Of a stretch of DNA of 40,288 bases, positions 18,059 to 26,383 are shown one piece after another. A model generated the notes under the pieces. It was given only the letters and a program-made list of their open reading frames with translations, had not been told where the DNA came from and did not search any database. Made by a program: the position numbers and the translations under genes. Position 1 is the stretch's first letter. Every line of letters begins with the position of its first letter. The DNA lies in sequence record SRR20825006_1153, one strand, 5' to 3'.

Positions 18059-18859
18059 ATGTTAAAACAATTTGTTCAGAAAACACTTCTTGTTGCAGCA
18101 CTTACCTCGCTCGCAGCCTGTGGCGCTGCTGACCGTATATCAGATATCGGCAAAGCGCCCGACCTGACACCGATCAAGGATATCAAGGCCCCTGTCGCAC
18201 AGCGGTCGATCAGCCTGCCAATGCCTCAGGACACGCCTGATCGGTACCAGCCCAACTCGCTGTGGCGCACCGGTGCCCGTGCTTTCTTCAAAGACCAGCG
18301 CGCGTCCAACATCGGGGATATCGTTACAGTTAATATCGCGATTTCAGATAGTGCCCAGATTGGCAACTCAACTGCTCGCTCGCGTTCAACCGCCGAAAGC
18401 GCTGGCCTACCAAACTTCCTTGGGCTGGAAGCTGCCATTCCGCATGCTCTCTTTAACCAGCGTGCCGCAGATGCTGGCGCAACAAACGGCAATGCCGCTG
18501 CGGCAAATGCTTTCAGTGCCAGTTCACTTGTTGGCGCAGACTCAGGTTCTTCCTATGCCGGAACCGGCTCAGTTGACCGCTCGGAAGCGATCAACATGAC
18601 CGTGGCCGCGATCGTTACAGAGGTACTGCCAAACGGCAACCTTGTGATCCAGGGCCGCCAGGAAGTACGTGTTAATTTTGAAAAACGCGAGCTCTTGCTC
18701 GCCGGTATTGTCCGCCCTGAGGATATCTCGAGCGGCAACACCATCTCACACACCCAGATTGCCGAAGCCCGCATCAGTTATGGCGGCAAAGGCCAGATTA
18801 CCGATGTCCAACAGCCACGTTATGGGACCCAACTGTATGACATCATATTCCCGTTCTAA
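18059..18859 (+). CDS. flgH: flagellar L-ring lipoprotein FlgH
   Basis: Lipobox LAAC, NSLW..GARAFFKDQRA..IGDIVTV, VLPNGNLVIQG.QEVRVNFE and IAEARISYGG.G. ATG 18059 follows GAGGAGG. Confidence 0.96.
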   Translation: MLKQFVQKTLLVAALTSLAACGAADRISDIGKAPDLTPIKDIKAPVAQRSISLPMPQDTPDRYQPNSLWRTGARAFFKDQRASNIGDIVTVNIAISDSAQIGNSTARSRSTAESAGLPNFLGLEAAIPHALFNQRAADAGATNGNAAAANAFSASSLVGADSGSSYAGTGSVDRSEAINMTVAAIVTEVLPNGNLVIQGRQEVRVNFEKRELLLAGIVRPEDISSGNTISHTQIAEARISYGGKGQITDVQQPRYGTQLYDIIFPF

Positions 18860-18927
18860 TGTGATCTAACCAAGGAGGACTATGGAGAGAAACTAGGAAC
18901 TACTTACCGAAAATAAAGCCAACTGAC

Positions 18928-18961
18928 AAAGGCCGGGCATTATGTCCCGGCCTCTTTTTTT
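18928..18961 (+). terminator. intrinsic terminator of flgFGAH
   Basis: AGGCCGGG-cattatgt-CCCGGCCT followed by CTTTTTTT. Confidence 0.85.
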
Positions 18962-18975
18962 GCTAATTAGGAATC

Positions 18976-19310
18976 CTAACGAATCGATTCGTTCCTAAGG
19001 GATTTTGCAGCATTTACCATGTTGGCCAGTGCTGGCTTAACCTCTTCCCACCGACGTGTCTTCAAACCACAATCCGGGTTCACCCATATCTGGCCGGGAT
19101 CAAGCGTCGATACAGCCTCTCGTATCTTTTTTTCAATTTCCGTTTGATCTGGGCAACGAGGTGCGTGGATATCATACACCCCCAAACCTATATCGTTCGC
19201 ATATCCAGAACGTTTGAATACATCCAGTATCTCCATGTCCGAACGAGACGCCTCGATAGAAATCACATCCGCATCAAGCCCGGCGATAGCTGGCAGGATA
19301 TAAATTCTGA
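18976..19310 (-). pseudogene. metE: 3' remnant of cobalamin-independent methionine synthase MetE
   Basis: ILPAIAGLDADVISIEASRSDME..IGLGVYDIHAP..IWVNPDCGLKTRRWEE..ALANMV.AA..LR matches the last ~110 aa of ~750-aa MetE. The N-terminus of the listed ORF is just the dksA terminator read in frame. Confidence 0.85.
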
Positions 19311-19320
19311 CCCGAATGAC

Positions 19321-19350
19321 AAAAAAAGGGAGCTCAAAAGCTCCCTTTTT
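19321..19350. terminator. bidirectional intrinsic terminator downstream of dksA
   Basis: AAAAAAAGGGAGCT-CAAA-AGCTCCCTTTTT. Confidence 0.9.
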
Positions 19351-19373
19351 CACTTCAACGCTGGCCTCAGGTA

Positions 19374-19811
19374 TTAGTCGTCGCGGTGTACTTTTTCCGC
19401 GCGCTCATGGGCCTCTTGCGCTTCAATGGTCATTGTCGCGATTGGGCGCGCATCAAGCCGACGAAGGCTGATAGGCTCGCCACTTACCTCACAATAACCA
19501 TATTCACCGTTCTCAATACGGCGAAGCGCAGCATCAATTTTTGAAACAAGCTTACGCTGACGATCTCTGGTACGCAGTTCAACCGACCAGTCAGTTTCTG
19601 ACGACGCACGGTCGGCAATATCTGGCTCACGCAGATTGTCTTGCTGGAGATTTTGCAGTGTTTCCGCAGACTCTCGGAGAATATCCTGTTTCCACCCTTC
19701 CAGCTTGCGCCTGAAATACTCAAGCTGGAGATTATTCATAAATTCTTCGTCTGGCGACGGCTGGTACCCTTCGGGCAATACGGTTGCTGTCGCTGTCATT
19801 GTTTCCGCCAT
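19374..19811 (-). CDS. dksA: RNA polymerase-binding factor DksA
   Basis: Y.PS.DEEFMN..QLEYFRRKL, PDIADRASSE (DxxDxA), ELRTRDRQRKL..KIDAAL.RI..GEYGYC..SGEPISL.RL.ARP.A. ATG 19811 follows AGGGAG. Confidence 0.96.
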   Translation of the reverse strand: MAETMTATATVLPEGYQPSPDEEFMNNLQLEYFRRKLEGWKQDILRESAETLQNLQQDNLREPDIADRASSETDWSVELRTRDRQRKLVSKIDAALRRIENGEYGYCEVSGEPISLRRLDARPIATMTIEAQEAHERAEKVHRDD

Positions 19812-19876
19812 TGTCACTCCCTAACAAATACACATTTCCGATCTTCGCCTAGTAATCCCCCGAAGACCCGCGCCGT

Positions 19877-19905
19877 TATATAATGATTTCCGGCTGTCAG
19901 TACAA
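19877..19905 (-). promoter_or_regulatory. putative sigma70/sigma32-type promoter of dksA
   Basis: Minus strand TTGTAC-N17-TATATA followed by a GC-rich discriminator (ACGGCGCGGG). Confidence 0.45.
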
Positions 19906-19913
19906 GACGTAAT

Positions 19914-19938
19914 AAAAAAGCGCCAGAACTGGCGCTTT
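19914..19938 (-). terminator. intrinsic terminator after fliX
   Basis: Minus strand AAAGCGCCAG-TT-CTGGCGCTTTTTT. Confidence 0.75.
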
Positions 19939-19972
19939 CAGCAAGATTTAAAAGAATGCCAAGTGATTGGAA

Positions 19973-20392
19973 TCAAACGCCAAGTTTTGCCAGTTCAACC
20001 TCGGCCCGCAATTCGATTTCTTCCAGCACGCCGTTCAACCGTTGATCTTCGGTTTTACTACGCTGATTCCTTGCGAGATCCGCAAGCCCCCGCAAATTAC
20101 TGGCTGGGATAGACCCCAGAAGAATGCCTTTCCGAATTTCCTCAAGAATATCAAGCATTTCCTCCGCCCGCTTAAGCCCCTTTGACCGCGACTGTGTCGA
20201 GTCTGGCACTTCCTGCAAGGAAAGAAGTGCATTAACGGGTGCCAGAGGACTCGTCGCCGATGCTTTGGAGGCAGCATGTGTACTTGCCGGCCCCTCAAGT
20301 TCACCGCTAAAGGCAGAGCCTTCGCTCGCCTGCTTGCGCGACGCCTTCTTGATGGTCTTGGATTGTACTTGCCCGGGGCCGGTAATCTTCAT
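19973..20392 (-). CDS. fliX: flagellar assembly regulator FliX
   Basis: MKITGPG..., ALLSLQEV, RAEEMLDILEEIRKGILLG.I and L.EIELRAEVELAKL; divergent from flgI and upstream of dksA, as in Caulobacter. Confidence 0.92.
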   Translation of the reverse strand: MKITGPGQVQSKTIKKASRKQASEGSAFSGELEGPASTHAASKASATSPLAPVNALLSLQEVPDSTQSRSKGLKRAEEMLDILEEIRKGILLGSIPASNLRGLADLARNQRSKTEDQRLNGVLEEIELRAEVELAKLGV

Positions 20393-20519
20393 GCTAACAA
20401 ATTAATCCTTGGCAGCGCTATGAGCAAGCTTTGCTACACTCATCCGGAAATTTTATCCATGTTAAACTAACGCCCGATATTTTTCCATTAAATTACAACA
20501 TATTAGCCCCCACGGTAAG

Positions 20520-20536
20520 TTGGCACAATCTTCGCA
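20520..20536 (+). promoter_or_regulatory. sigma54 promoter of the flgI operon
   Basis: TTGGCACAATCTTCGCA, GG-N10-GC. Confidence 0.8.
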
Positions 20537-20560
20537 TTACTTTGGCTGAGATTTCCATGT

Positions 20561-20577
20561 CCGGCAAAAAGCGCCGG
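20561..20577 (+). promoter_or_regulatory. ftr-like FlbD-binding element in the flgI leader
   Basis: CCGGCAAAAAGCGCCGG, dyad CGG-N9-CCG resembling Caulobacter ftr elements. Confidence 0.65.
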
Positions 20578-20601
20578 GCGACGTTACAAAGGTGCCGAAG
20601 C

Positions 20602-21729
20602 ATGTTGCATAAATCTTTCTTCCAGAAGCTCGTTGCTGTAGCCGGACTTGCCGTGGCTATGATGATGCCGAATGAAGCTGGTGCTTCATCCCGCATCAAG
20701 GACATTGTTTCGGTTGAAGGTATCCGGGAAAACCAACTGATCGGCTACGGCCTGGTTGTTGGCCTTAACGGCACTGGTGATACCCTTCGGAACACCCCCT
20801 ATACAGAACAAAGCCTCACTGCAATGTTGGAGCGCCTTGGTGTAAACGCCAAGGGTGAGACAATGCGCCCGGAGAATGTGGCGGCTGTCATGGTAACATC
20901 CACGCTTCCTTCATTTGCGCGCCAAGGCACCCGGATCGATGTTCAAGTAAGCTCGATGGGCGATGCAGAGGACCTGAAGGGCGGCACGCTTATCGCTACA
21001 CCGCTTCTCGGCGCCGACGGTGAAGTTTATGCCGTTGCCCAAGGTTCAGTTGCTGTTGCCGGTTTCAGTGCTCAAGGTGAAGCAGCCTCCATTGTGCAGG
21101 GCGTACCAACAAACGGCCGTGTCGCAAACGGCGGTATCGTGGAACGTGAAATACCATTTGAGCTCAGCGACCTTACGGCAGTTAAGCTTTCACTGCACAA
21201 CCCGGATCTTACCACAGCACAGCGCATCACACAGGCGATCAACTCCCACCTGAACACCAACATGGCGCGCCTGCTTGACCCTGCAACCATCCAGCTTGAT
21301 CGCCCGATCGGGTATGAAATGGCCCTTGTGGACATTCTCACCACCATTGAGCAGATCGCTGTTACACCTGACCAGAAAGCGCGCGTCATTATTGACGAAC
21401 GCACTGGCATTATCGTTATGGGCTCAGAGGTTCGCATCAATTCCGTTGCAATTGCACAGGGTAACCTGACGATCAGCATTTCCGAGCAACCACAAGTGTC
21501 ACAGCCCGGTGCATTCGCACAGGGTGGCCAGACACAGGTCGTGCCGCGCAGCACCGTAAATGTTGAAGAAACCGGCACGGAAAAACTTACCGTGTTGCCG
21601 CCTTCCGTCACGCTGCAAGACCTGGTTGATGGCCTGAATGCCCTTGGTGTTGGCCCACGCGACATGATCTCCATCCTGCAGGCGATTAAAGCGTCTGGTG
21701 CGATGCAAGCCGAAATTCAGGTGATGTAA
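20602..21729 (+). CDS. flgI: flagellar P-ring protein FlgI
   Basis: Signal peptide, SRIKDI..VEGIRENQLIGYGLVVGLNGTGD and DMISILQAIKASGAMQAEI. ATG 20602 chosen because the upstream in-frame region contains the promoter. Confidence 0.97.
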   Translation: MLHKSFFQKLVAVAGLAVAMMMPNEAGASSRIKDIVSVEGIRENQLIGYGLVVGLNGTGDTLRNTPYTEQSLTAMLERLGVNAKGETMRPENVAAVMVTSTLPSFARQGTRIDVQVSSMGDAEDLKGGTLIATPLLGADGEVYAVAQGSVAVAGFSAQGEAASIVQGVPTNGRVANGGIVEREIPFELSDLTAVKLSLHNPDLTTAQRITQAINSHLNTNMARLLDPATIQLDRPIGYEMALVDILTTIEQIAVTPDQKARVIIDERTGIIVMGSEVRINSVAIAQGNLTISISEQPQVSQPGAFAQGGQTQVVPRSTVNVEETGTEKLTVLPPSVTLQDLVDGLNALGVGPRDMISILQAIKASGAMQAEIQVM

Positions 21730-22067
21730 TGCAAGCACAGCATGTAAATATGGCCCAAGCCCAAGTGATGGATGCCCAGTTCGCCGCCGCTAAGAACGGT
21801 GTCGGCACTCTCGGCAGCAACCTTACGGACGCACAAAAAGCCTCCGCGCGCGACGCTGCTGAAAAATTTGAGGCAGTTTTCATCGCCCAGATGCTTAACC
21901 CAATGTTCGAGGCTCTCCCGACCGACGGCCTTATGGGTGGCGGACCTGCCGAAGGCGTGTACCGCTCCATGATGGTAGATGAAGCCAGTAAATCAATCGC
22001 TCGCAACGGCGGCATTGGCATCGCGGGCAATGTGTACCGCGAGCTTCTTAAAATGCAGGAGGTGTAG
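21729..22067 (+). CDS. flgJ: FlgJ rod-binding protein (no muramidase domain)
   Basis: AAEKFEAVFIAQML.PMF..., GGGPAE.VYRSMM..E.....A..GGIGIA..VYRELLKMQE. Confidence 0.9.
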   Translation: MQAQHVNMAQAQVMDAQFAAAKNGVGTLGSNLTDAQKASARDAAEKFEAVFIAQMLNPMFEALPTDGLMGGGPAEGVYRSMMVDEASKSIARNGGIGIAGNVYRELLKMQEV

Positions 22068-22547
22068 ATGCCACTCGACCCCCTTCCCTTAAAACCAAAC
22101 ACCGTGGAAGCGCCGATTATTACGGGCCACGGCTCCCAACTCGCAAAACTGACAATTTCGCTTACTGAGCTTATCAGCCGCGAGACAGAGCTGTTGAAAG
22201 ACCGCAAGCCCCGCGACGCGCAAAAGCTGCACGGTGAGAAAAGCCGCCTTATGGCTGAATACCGCGAGACGCTGAACCGGGTTCGGGTGAATGAACACAC
22301 GCTTGGTCCGAAAGGCTCGAACGAGCGAACCTACCTTAAGGACCTTACGGACACGTTCCGGGAAGTTCTGAGAGACCACGCACGTGTGGTTCTTCGGCTC
22401 AAATCCGTGAGCGAAGGACTAATTCGCAGCGTCGGTGAAGAAGTAGCAAAGAGAAACCGCCCGGTGGTCGGCTACGGCAAAAATGCCGCAGCACAGCCAG
22501 CACCACGCGGTCGCCCCACTTCACTAGCCCTCAACCAGGTGATCTAG
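22068..22547 (+). CDS. FlbY/FlgN-like flagellar helical protein
   Basis: L..LT..L.ELI.RET.LL, EK.RL...Y and SEGLIRSVGEEVAK....V.GYG..A...PTSLALNQVI; third gene of the flgI operon. Confidence 0.7.
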   Translation: MPLDPLPLKPNTVEAPIITGHGSQLAKLTISLTELISRETELLKDRKPRDAQKLHGEKSRLMAEYRETLNRVRVNEHTLGPKGSNERTYLKDLTDTFREVLRDHARVVLRLKSVSEGLIRSVGEEVAKRNRPVVGYGKNAAAQPAPRGRPTSLALNQVI

Positions 22548-22549
22548 TT

Positions 22550-22861
22550 ATGCAAGTCAACCCGCAGGCAGCGTTACTCGCGCTCCTGCGCGTCCCTGTT
22601 GGCTCACCACCCTCCGCTCCTGACCTTTCAGCGTCAGGCCGCTTCCAAAACGAACTTCTCGCATTTCACCGGCAGGAAAGTGTTTCCAGCCAGCCTAGCA
22701 CGCAGCTCGTCAGTTCCGCCCGCCCGTCGGTCTTTATTCCTGACACGGGTGCCGCAGCGGCTGGGCAAAGCACAACTTCAAAGCGTGGCGGCGAGAAGAA
22801 GAGCCCAAAGAAGAATAACGGATCCATCCGGACCTCCACGTTTCTGCCGCAGGGCAAATAG
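22550..22861 (+). CDS. hypothetical Ser/Pro-rich protein, possibly fourth gene of the flgI operon
   Basis: ATG 2 nt after the previous stop, AGGTG upstream; low-complexity sequence with no recognisable domain. Confidence 0.4.
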   Translation: MQVNPQAALLALLRVPVGSPPSAPDLSASGRFQNELLAFHRQESVSSQPSTQLVSSARPSVFIPDTGAAAAGQSTTSKRGGEKKSPKKNNGSIRTSTFLPQGK

Positions 22862-22913
22862 CAACTCGCATTTCCAGTCCCTTCAACGGCCCCCTTTCCT
22901 CTTCAGCCCAAAC

Positions 22914-23060
22914 CGGCAGATGTTGCATTCCCCGCCTATCCGCAGTGGCACATTATGCCCTCAGCCAACTTTTCTACAAAACGTCTATCGAGCAAAATTC
23001 TATATTTTATCTATATAAATCAATACTTTATATATTTTAAAAATTGGCACACCGTTTGCA
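22914..23060 (+). promoter_or_regulatory. flagellin promoter: ftr-like sites, IHF site, sigma54 -24/-12
   Basis: CGGCAGATGTTGCAT (22914), TGGCACATTATGCCC (22945), IHF consensus AATCAATACTTTA (23018-23030) and TTGGCACACCGTTTGCA (23044-23060). Confidence 0.8.
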
Positions 23061-23119
23061 TTTACCAAACCAAGCCGAAATGACGGCCGGGTATAACTGT
23101 CATGAGAAGGAGAGGTTAA

Positions 23120-23950
23120 ATGACCTTTTCAATTAATGTGAACGCCAGTGCACTTGATGCACTTCGTAACTTGAACCATACAAGCAAACAGCTTGAAACG
23201 ACACAGACCAAGATCAATACAGGTCTGAAAATTTCTTCTGCCAAGGATAACGCAGCGGTCTTCTCAATCGCGCAAAAGTTGCGGGGCGATGTGAAGGGCC
23301 TGAACGCTGTCAAGCAATCCCTTGATCGCGGCATTTCAACCGTTGACGTGGCACTTGCCGCAGCTGGCGCAATCTCTGACCTCCTTCTGGAGATGAAAGA
23401 AAAAGCTGTTGCCGCCGCTGACCAAGGCCTCGACACCACCAGTCGAAACGCCCTCAGCCAAGACTTTGCTGCGCTACGCGACCAGGTCACCACCATCGTG
23501 GAAAACGCAGAATTCAACGGCACCAACCTGATCGATGGCGGTACGGACGCGATTGTCGCGATCACCAATGCCGATGCTACCCAGACCTTGACGGTAAATC
23601 ACCAGGCCCTGACACTTGGCGGCGGTAATATTACAGTGACCTCCAGCCAGGACATATCCACCCAAACCACGGCCGCACTTGCGGTGACGAACATTGGCGA
23701 CTCCATCGACAATCTCAATTCCGTGCTGACACAGCTCGGGTCGGGTTCCACGGCGCTGGAGCAAAACCGGAGTTTCGCAGGTCGCCTTGCAGACGTGATT
23801 GAGGTCGGCATTGGTAACCTCGTTGACGCCGACATGGCCAAAGAAAGCGCCAACCTTCAGGCACTACAGGTGAAGCAGCAACTGGGCATCCAGGCTTTGT
23901 CGATCGCCAACCAGTCGCCACAATCTATCCTCTCCCTCTTCCAAGGGTAA
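23120..23950 (+). CDS. flagellin (short, Caulobacter Flj-like, 276 aa)
   Basis: SIN.N.SA..AL.NL....INTGLKISSAKDNAA.F.IAQ and GNLVDADMAKESA.LQALQVKQQLG.QALSIANQSPQ.ILSLF. Confidence 0.97.
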   Translation: MTFSINVNASALDALRNLNHTSKQLETTQTKINTGLKISSAKDNAAVFSIAQKLRGDVKGLNAVKQSLDRGISTVDVALAAAGAISDLLLEMKEKAVAAADQGLDTTSRNALSQDFAALRDQVTTIVENAEFNGTNLIDGGTDAIVAITNADATQTLTVNHQALTLGGGNITVTSSQDISTQTTAALAVTNIGDSIDNLNSVLTQLGSGSTALEQNRSFAGRLADVIEVGIGNLVDADMAKESANLQALQVKQQLGIQALSIANQSPQSILSLFQG

Positions 23951-24001
23951 GGCTAGGCCAGACGGTCTTGGCAAACCTCATGACATTATACCGACGCCTT
24001 T

Positions 24002-24031
24002 TGGTCAGGAACGCAGCAGCGTTTCTGACCA
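24002..24031. terminator. 13-bp hairpin between convergent flagellin and pseC
   Basis: TGGTCAGGAACGC-AGCA-GCGTTTCTGACCA. No clear U tract, so it may be a 3' stabiliser rather than a terminator. Confidence 0.55.
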
Positions 24032-24059
24032 GGCTGGCGCAATGTTTTGAGGATAATGT

Positions 24060-25253
24060 TTACTCTGTAAGCCCCAAAGTTTGCTTGAGAGCAGCAACTA
24101 CCCTATCCACATCACTGTCGCTCATTCCCGGGAAAATTGGCAAACTCAGCACCGCTTCATAATAGCGCTCTGCCCCCGGAAAGTCCGGCTCTCCGCATAA
24201 CTCTCGATAGTAAGGTTGCCACGGGACCGGCACATAGTGCACCTGCGTTCCCACACCGTGCCCATGCAAGCTTCGCATAAGCTCGGCGCGACTTATCCCG
24301 ACCGCTTTAAAGTCAATCAAAACCGGATATAAATGCCAAGCCGACGCCGCAAGCGATGTACGCTGCACAGGCTTCAACGCATTGGAAAGCCCAGTAAGCG
24401 CCGCATCGTAACGATCGGCAATTTCTGCCCTACGCCGCACGAACCCACCCAACTTACCAAGCTGGCTGAGGCCTAGCGCGCACTGCATATCGGTCGCCCG
24501 GTAATTATAGGCCAGCTCGTGCATTTCATAATACCAGGGGTTTGGCTCGCCATCTGGTGCAAAACCACTGGGCATTTTCCAGTCCTCAGGGTCGCGCCGC
24601 ATATCGTGGCCACGCAAATTCCTCAGGCGTTTCGCAATCGAAGCGTCATTTGTCGTCACGACACCGCCTTCACCCATCGCTATCGACTTGACCGGATGGA
24701 GCGAGAAGCAAGCAAAGTCTTCATACTGCCCGTCACCCGGACCGCCGCCGCCCGCATACTGCGCCCCCAAAGCATGGCAACAGTCCGTTATGACCTTGAG
24801 AAAATGTTTCTGAATAATGCCGTCAAGTCTAGGCATCTCCACGCACTGCCCATTCAAGTGAACAGGCATAACGGCCACAGCGTTTTCGCACCTTGAAAGT
24901 GCCGCTATCAATGTCTCTGCAGTTAGGAGGCCTGTATCGGGGCAGACATCGGCGAAAATCACATCCGCGCCAGCCATGCGCACCGCGTTAGCTGTCGACA
25001 GAAAGGTTACTGCCGGGACGATAACCTGATCTCCAGGGCCAATCCCGGCTGCGATCACCGCAAGATGCAGGGCCGTGGTGCCGTTAGAGCAAACCACGGC
25101 ATGTTTTGCTCCAGTCACGCGGGAAAAAGCGTTTTCAAACTCATCAACCTTTGGCCCGCCAGTCAAAACACCGTGGCGCAACACATCGACTACCGCTGCG
25201 ATGTCGTCTTCATCGATTTGATGGCGTCCATAGGGAAGAAATTTGCCAGACAT
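24060..25253 (-). CDS. pseC: UDP-4-amino-4,6-dideoxy-N-acetyl-altrosamine transaminase (PseC/FlmB, DegT family)
   Basis: LPYGRHQIDEDDI.AV..VL, SNGTTALHLA, FSLHPVKSI..GEGG (PLP Lys), WYYEMHEL.YNYR.TD.QCALG.SQ and QVHY.PV..QPYY; downstream of pseB. Confidence 0.92.
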   Translation of the reverse strand: MSGKFLPYGRHQIDEDDIAAVVDVLRHGVLTGGPKVDEFENAFSRVTGAKHAVVCSNGTTALHLAVIAAGIGPGDQVIVPAVTFLSTANAVRMAGADVIFADVCPDTGLLTAETLIAALSRCENAVAVMPVHLNGQCVEMPRLDGIIQKHFLKVITDCCHALGAQYAGGGGPGDGQYEDFACFSLHPVKSIAMGEGGVVTTNDASIAKRLRNLRGHDMRRDPEDWKMPSGFAPDGEPNPWYYEMHELAYNYRATDMQCALGLSQLGKLGGFVRRRAEIADRYDAALTGLSNALKPVQRTSLAASAWHLYPVLIDFKAVGISRAELMRSLHGHGVGTQVHYVPVPWQPYYRELCGEPDFPGAERYYEAVLSLPIFPGMSDSDVDRVVAALKQTLGLTE

Positions 25254-25262
25254 CTTTGTCTT

Positions 25263-26300
25263 CTATTCGCCTTCCTCAGGGATTTTGGTCAAAATTTCCC
25301 TAAGAGCCTCCACACCAAGCCAATCGTCATTTTTGTCGCTCGAATACTCGAAGCCTTCAGGCATGCCTTCGTGGCCTTCATCAAGAAGGTCTTCCCGTTT
25401 CCAAAAATGCCATTCCGGCTCAATCACGTAGCGGTCGCCCAAGTCAATCGTGCTCTTGGCGTTATGTTCGGTGATCATGATCTCATGAAGTTTTTCACCC
25501 GGGCGAATACCAACGTGCTTTATCGCCATGCCAGGCGCGAGTGCCTCGATCAAATCCGGTATGCGCATGGAGGGTATTTTTGGAACGAATATTTCTCCGC
25601 CACGCATAATCGGGAAACACGACATGGTGAAATTCACGGCTTCTTCAAGTGTGATCCAAAAACGGGTCATGCGCTCATCCGTTACAGGAAGCTCCGTCGC
25701 GCCCTTTTTGAGAAGTGCCCGAAAGAACGGTATCACACTGCCTCTTGAGCCAAGAACGTTCCCGTACCTGACCACTGCAAAGCGGGTGCCCGTGCCTGAA
25801 GCGAGCGAGTTGGCAGCCACAAAAATCTTGTCGGATGCTAGCTTGCTGGCACCATAAAGGTTGATCGGGTTCACGGCCTTATCGGTTGAAAGCGCAATGA
25901 CCTGCTTCACCCCTGCCTGGATCGAAGCCTGAACAACATTCTCTGCGCCAATCACGTTGGTGCGAATACACTCAAACGGGTTATATTCCGCGAGCGGAAC
26001 CTGCTTTTGTGCAGCAGCATGCACCACGATATCCACCCCACGCATCGCCATAACCAGTCGATCACGGTCCCGGATATCACCAATAAAAAAGCGGACCTTT
26101 TTTTGCTCGGCTTCAGTCAGTGTATTTTGGAGCAAAAAGTGATTTAGCTCTCCGCGCGCAAACACGATAATCTTACGCGGGTTGTGGTCGTCCAACAGTC
26201 GACGCATCAGGGTCTTGCCAAACGAGCCAGTCCCCCCAGTGATGAGGATAGACTTACCTTCAAAGTCGGCCGATGATCCCCCAAACCCTGTAAAAGACAT
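25263..26300 (-). CDS. pseB: UDP-GlcNAc 4,6-dehydratase (inverting) PseB/FlmA
   Basis: ITGGTGSFG, RFFIGDIRD, HAAA.KQVP.AEYNPFECI.TN, STDKA.NPINLYGASK, VRYGNVLGSRGSV and GIRPGEKLHE. ATG 26300 follows AGGAGA. Confidence 0.93.
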   Translation of the reverse strand: MSFTGFGGSSADFEGKSILITGGTGSFGKTLMRRLLDDHNPRKIIVFARGELNHFLLQNTLTEAEQKKVRFFIGDIRDRDRLVMAMRGVDIVVHAAAQKQVPLAEYNPFECIRTNVIGAENVVQASIQAGVKQVIALSTDKAVNPINLYGASKLASDKIFVAANSLASGTGTRFAVVRYGNVLGSRGSVIPFFRALLKKGATELPVTDERMTRFWITLEEAVNFTMSCFPIMRGGEIFVPKIPSMRIPDLIEALAPGMAIKHVGIRPGEKLHEIMITEHNAKSTIDLGDRYVIEPEWHFWKREDLLDEGHEGMPEGFEYSSDKNDDWLGVEALREILTKIPEEGE

Positions 26301-26383
26301 ATGGTATCTCCCTGAGCCCAAATTTGCTTTATCCACAGAAACTTAGCACCCACCATGCGCTAACAAAAGAACTTCTTTGCCTC

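Noticed and set aside
18976-19353. 125-aa ORF as an intact small methionine synthase
   Set aside because: Its first ~18 codons run through the dksA terminator hairpin, and it lacks the HxC zinc ligands and the rest of the barrel. Treated as a remnant.
20393-20470. CtrA box for fliX
   Set aside because: Only half-sites (TTAA, GTTAAAC) are visible. No TTAA-N7-TTAA arrangement could be supported.
20431-20601. 57-aa N-terminal extension of FlgI in the ORF track
   Set aside because: The region contains the sigma54 promoter and an ftr-like site, and the signal peptide begins at ATG 20602. Similar over-extended starts were trimmed for flgH, pseB, flmG, ATP-grasp 2 and the XRE gene.
22945-22959. 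TGGCACATTATGC as an additional sigma54 promoter
   Set aside because: Spacing is GG-N8-GC rather than N10. It fits the ftr-like dyad better, and a proper promoter lies at 23044.
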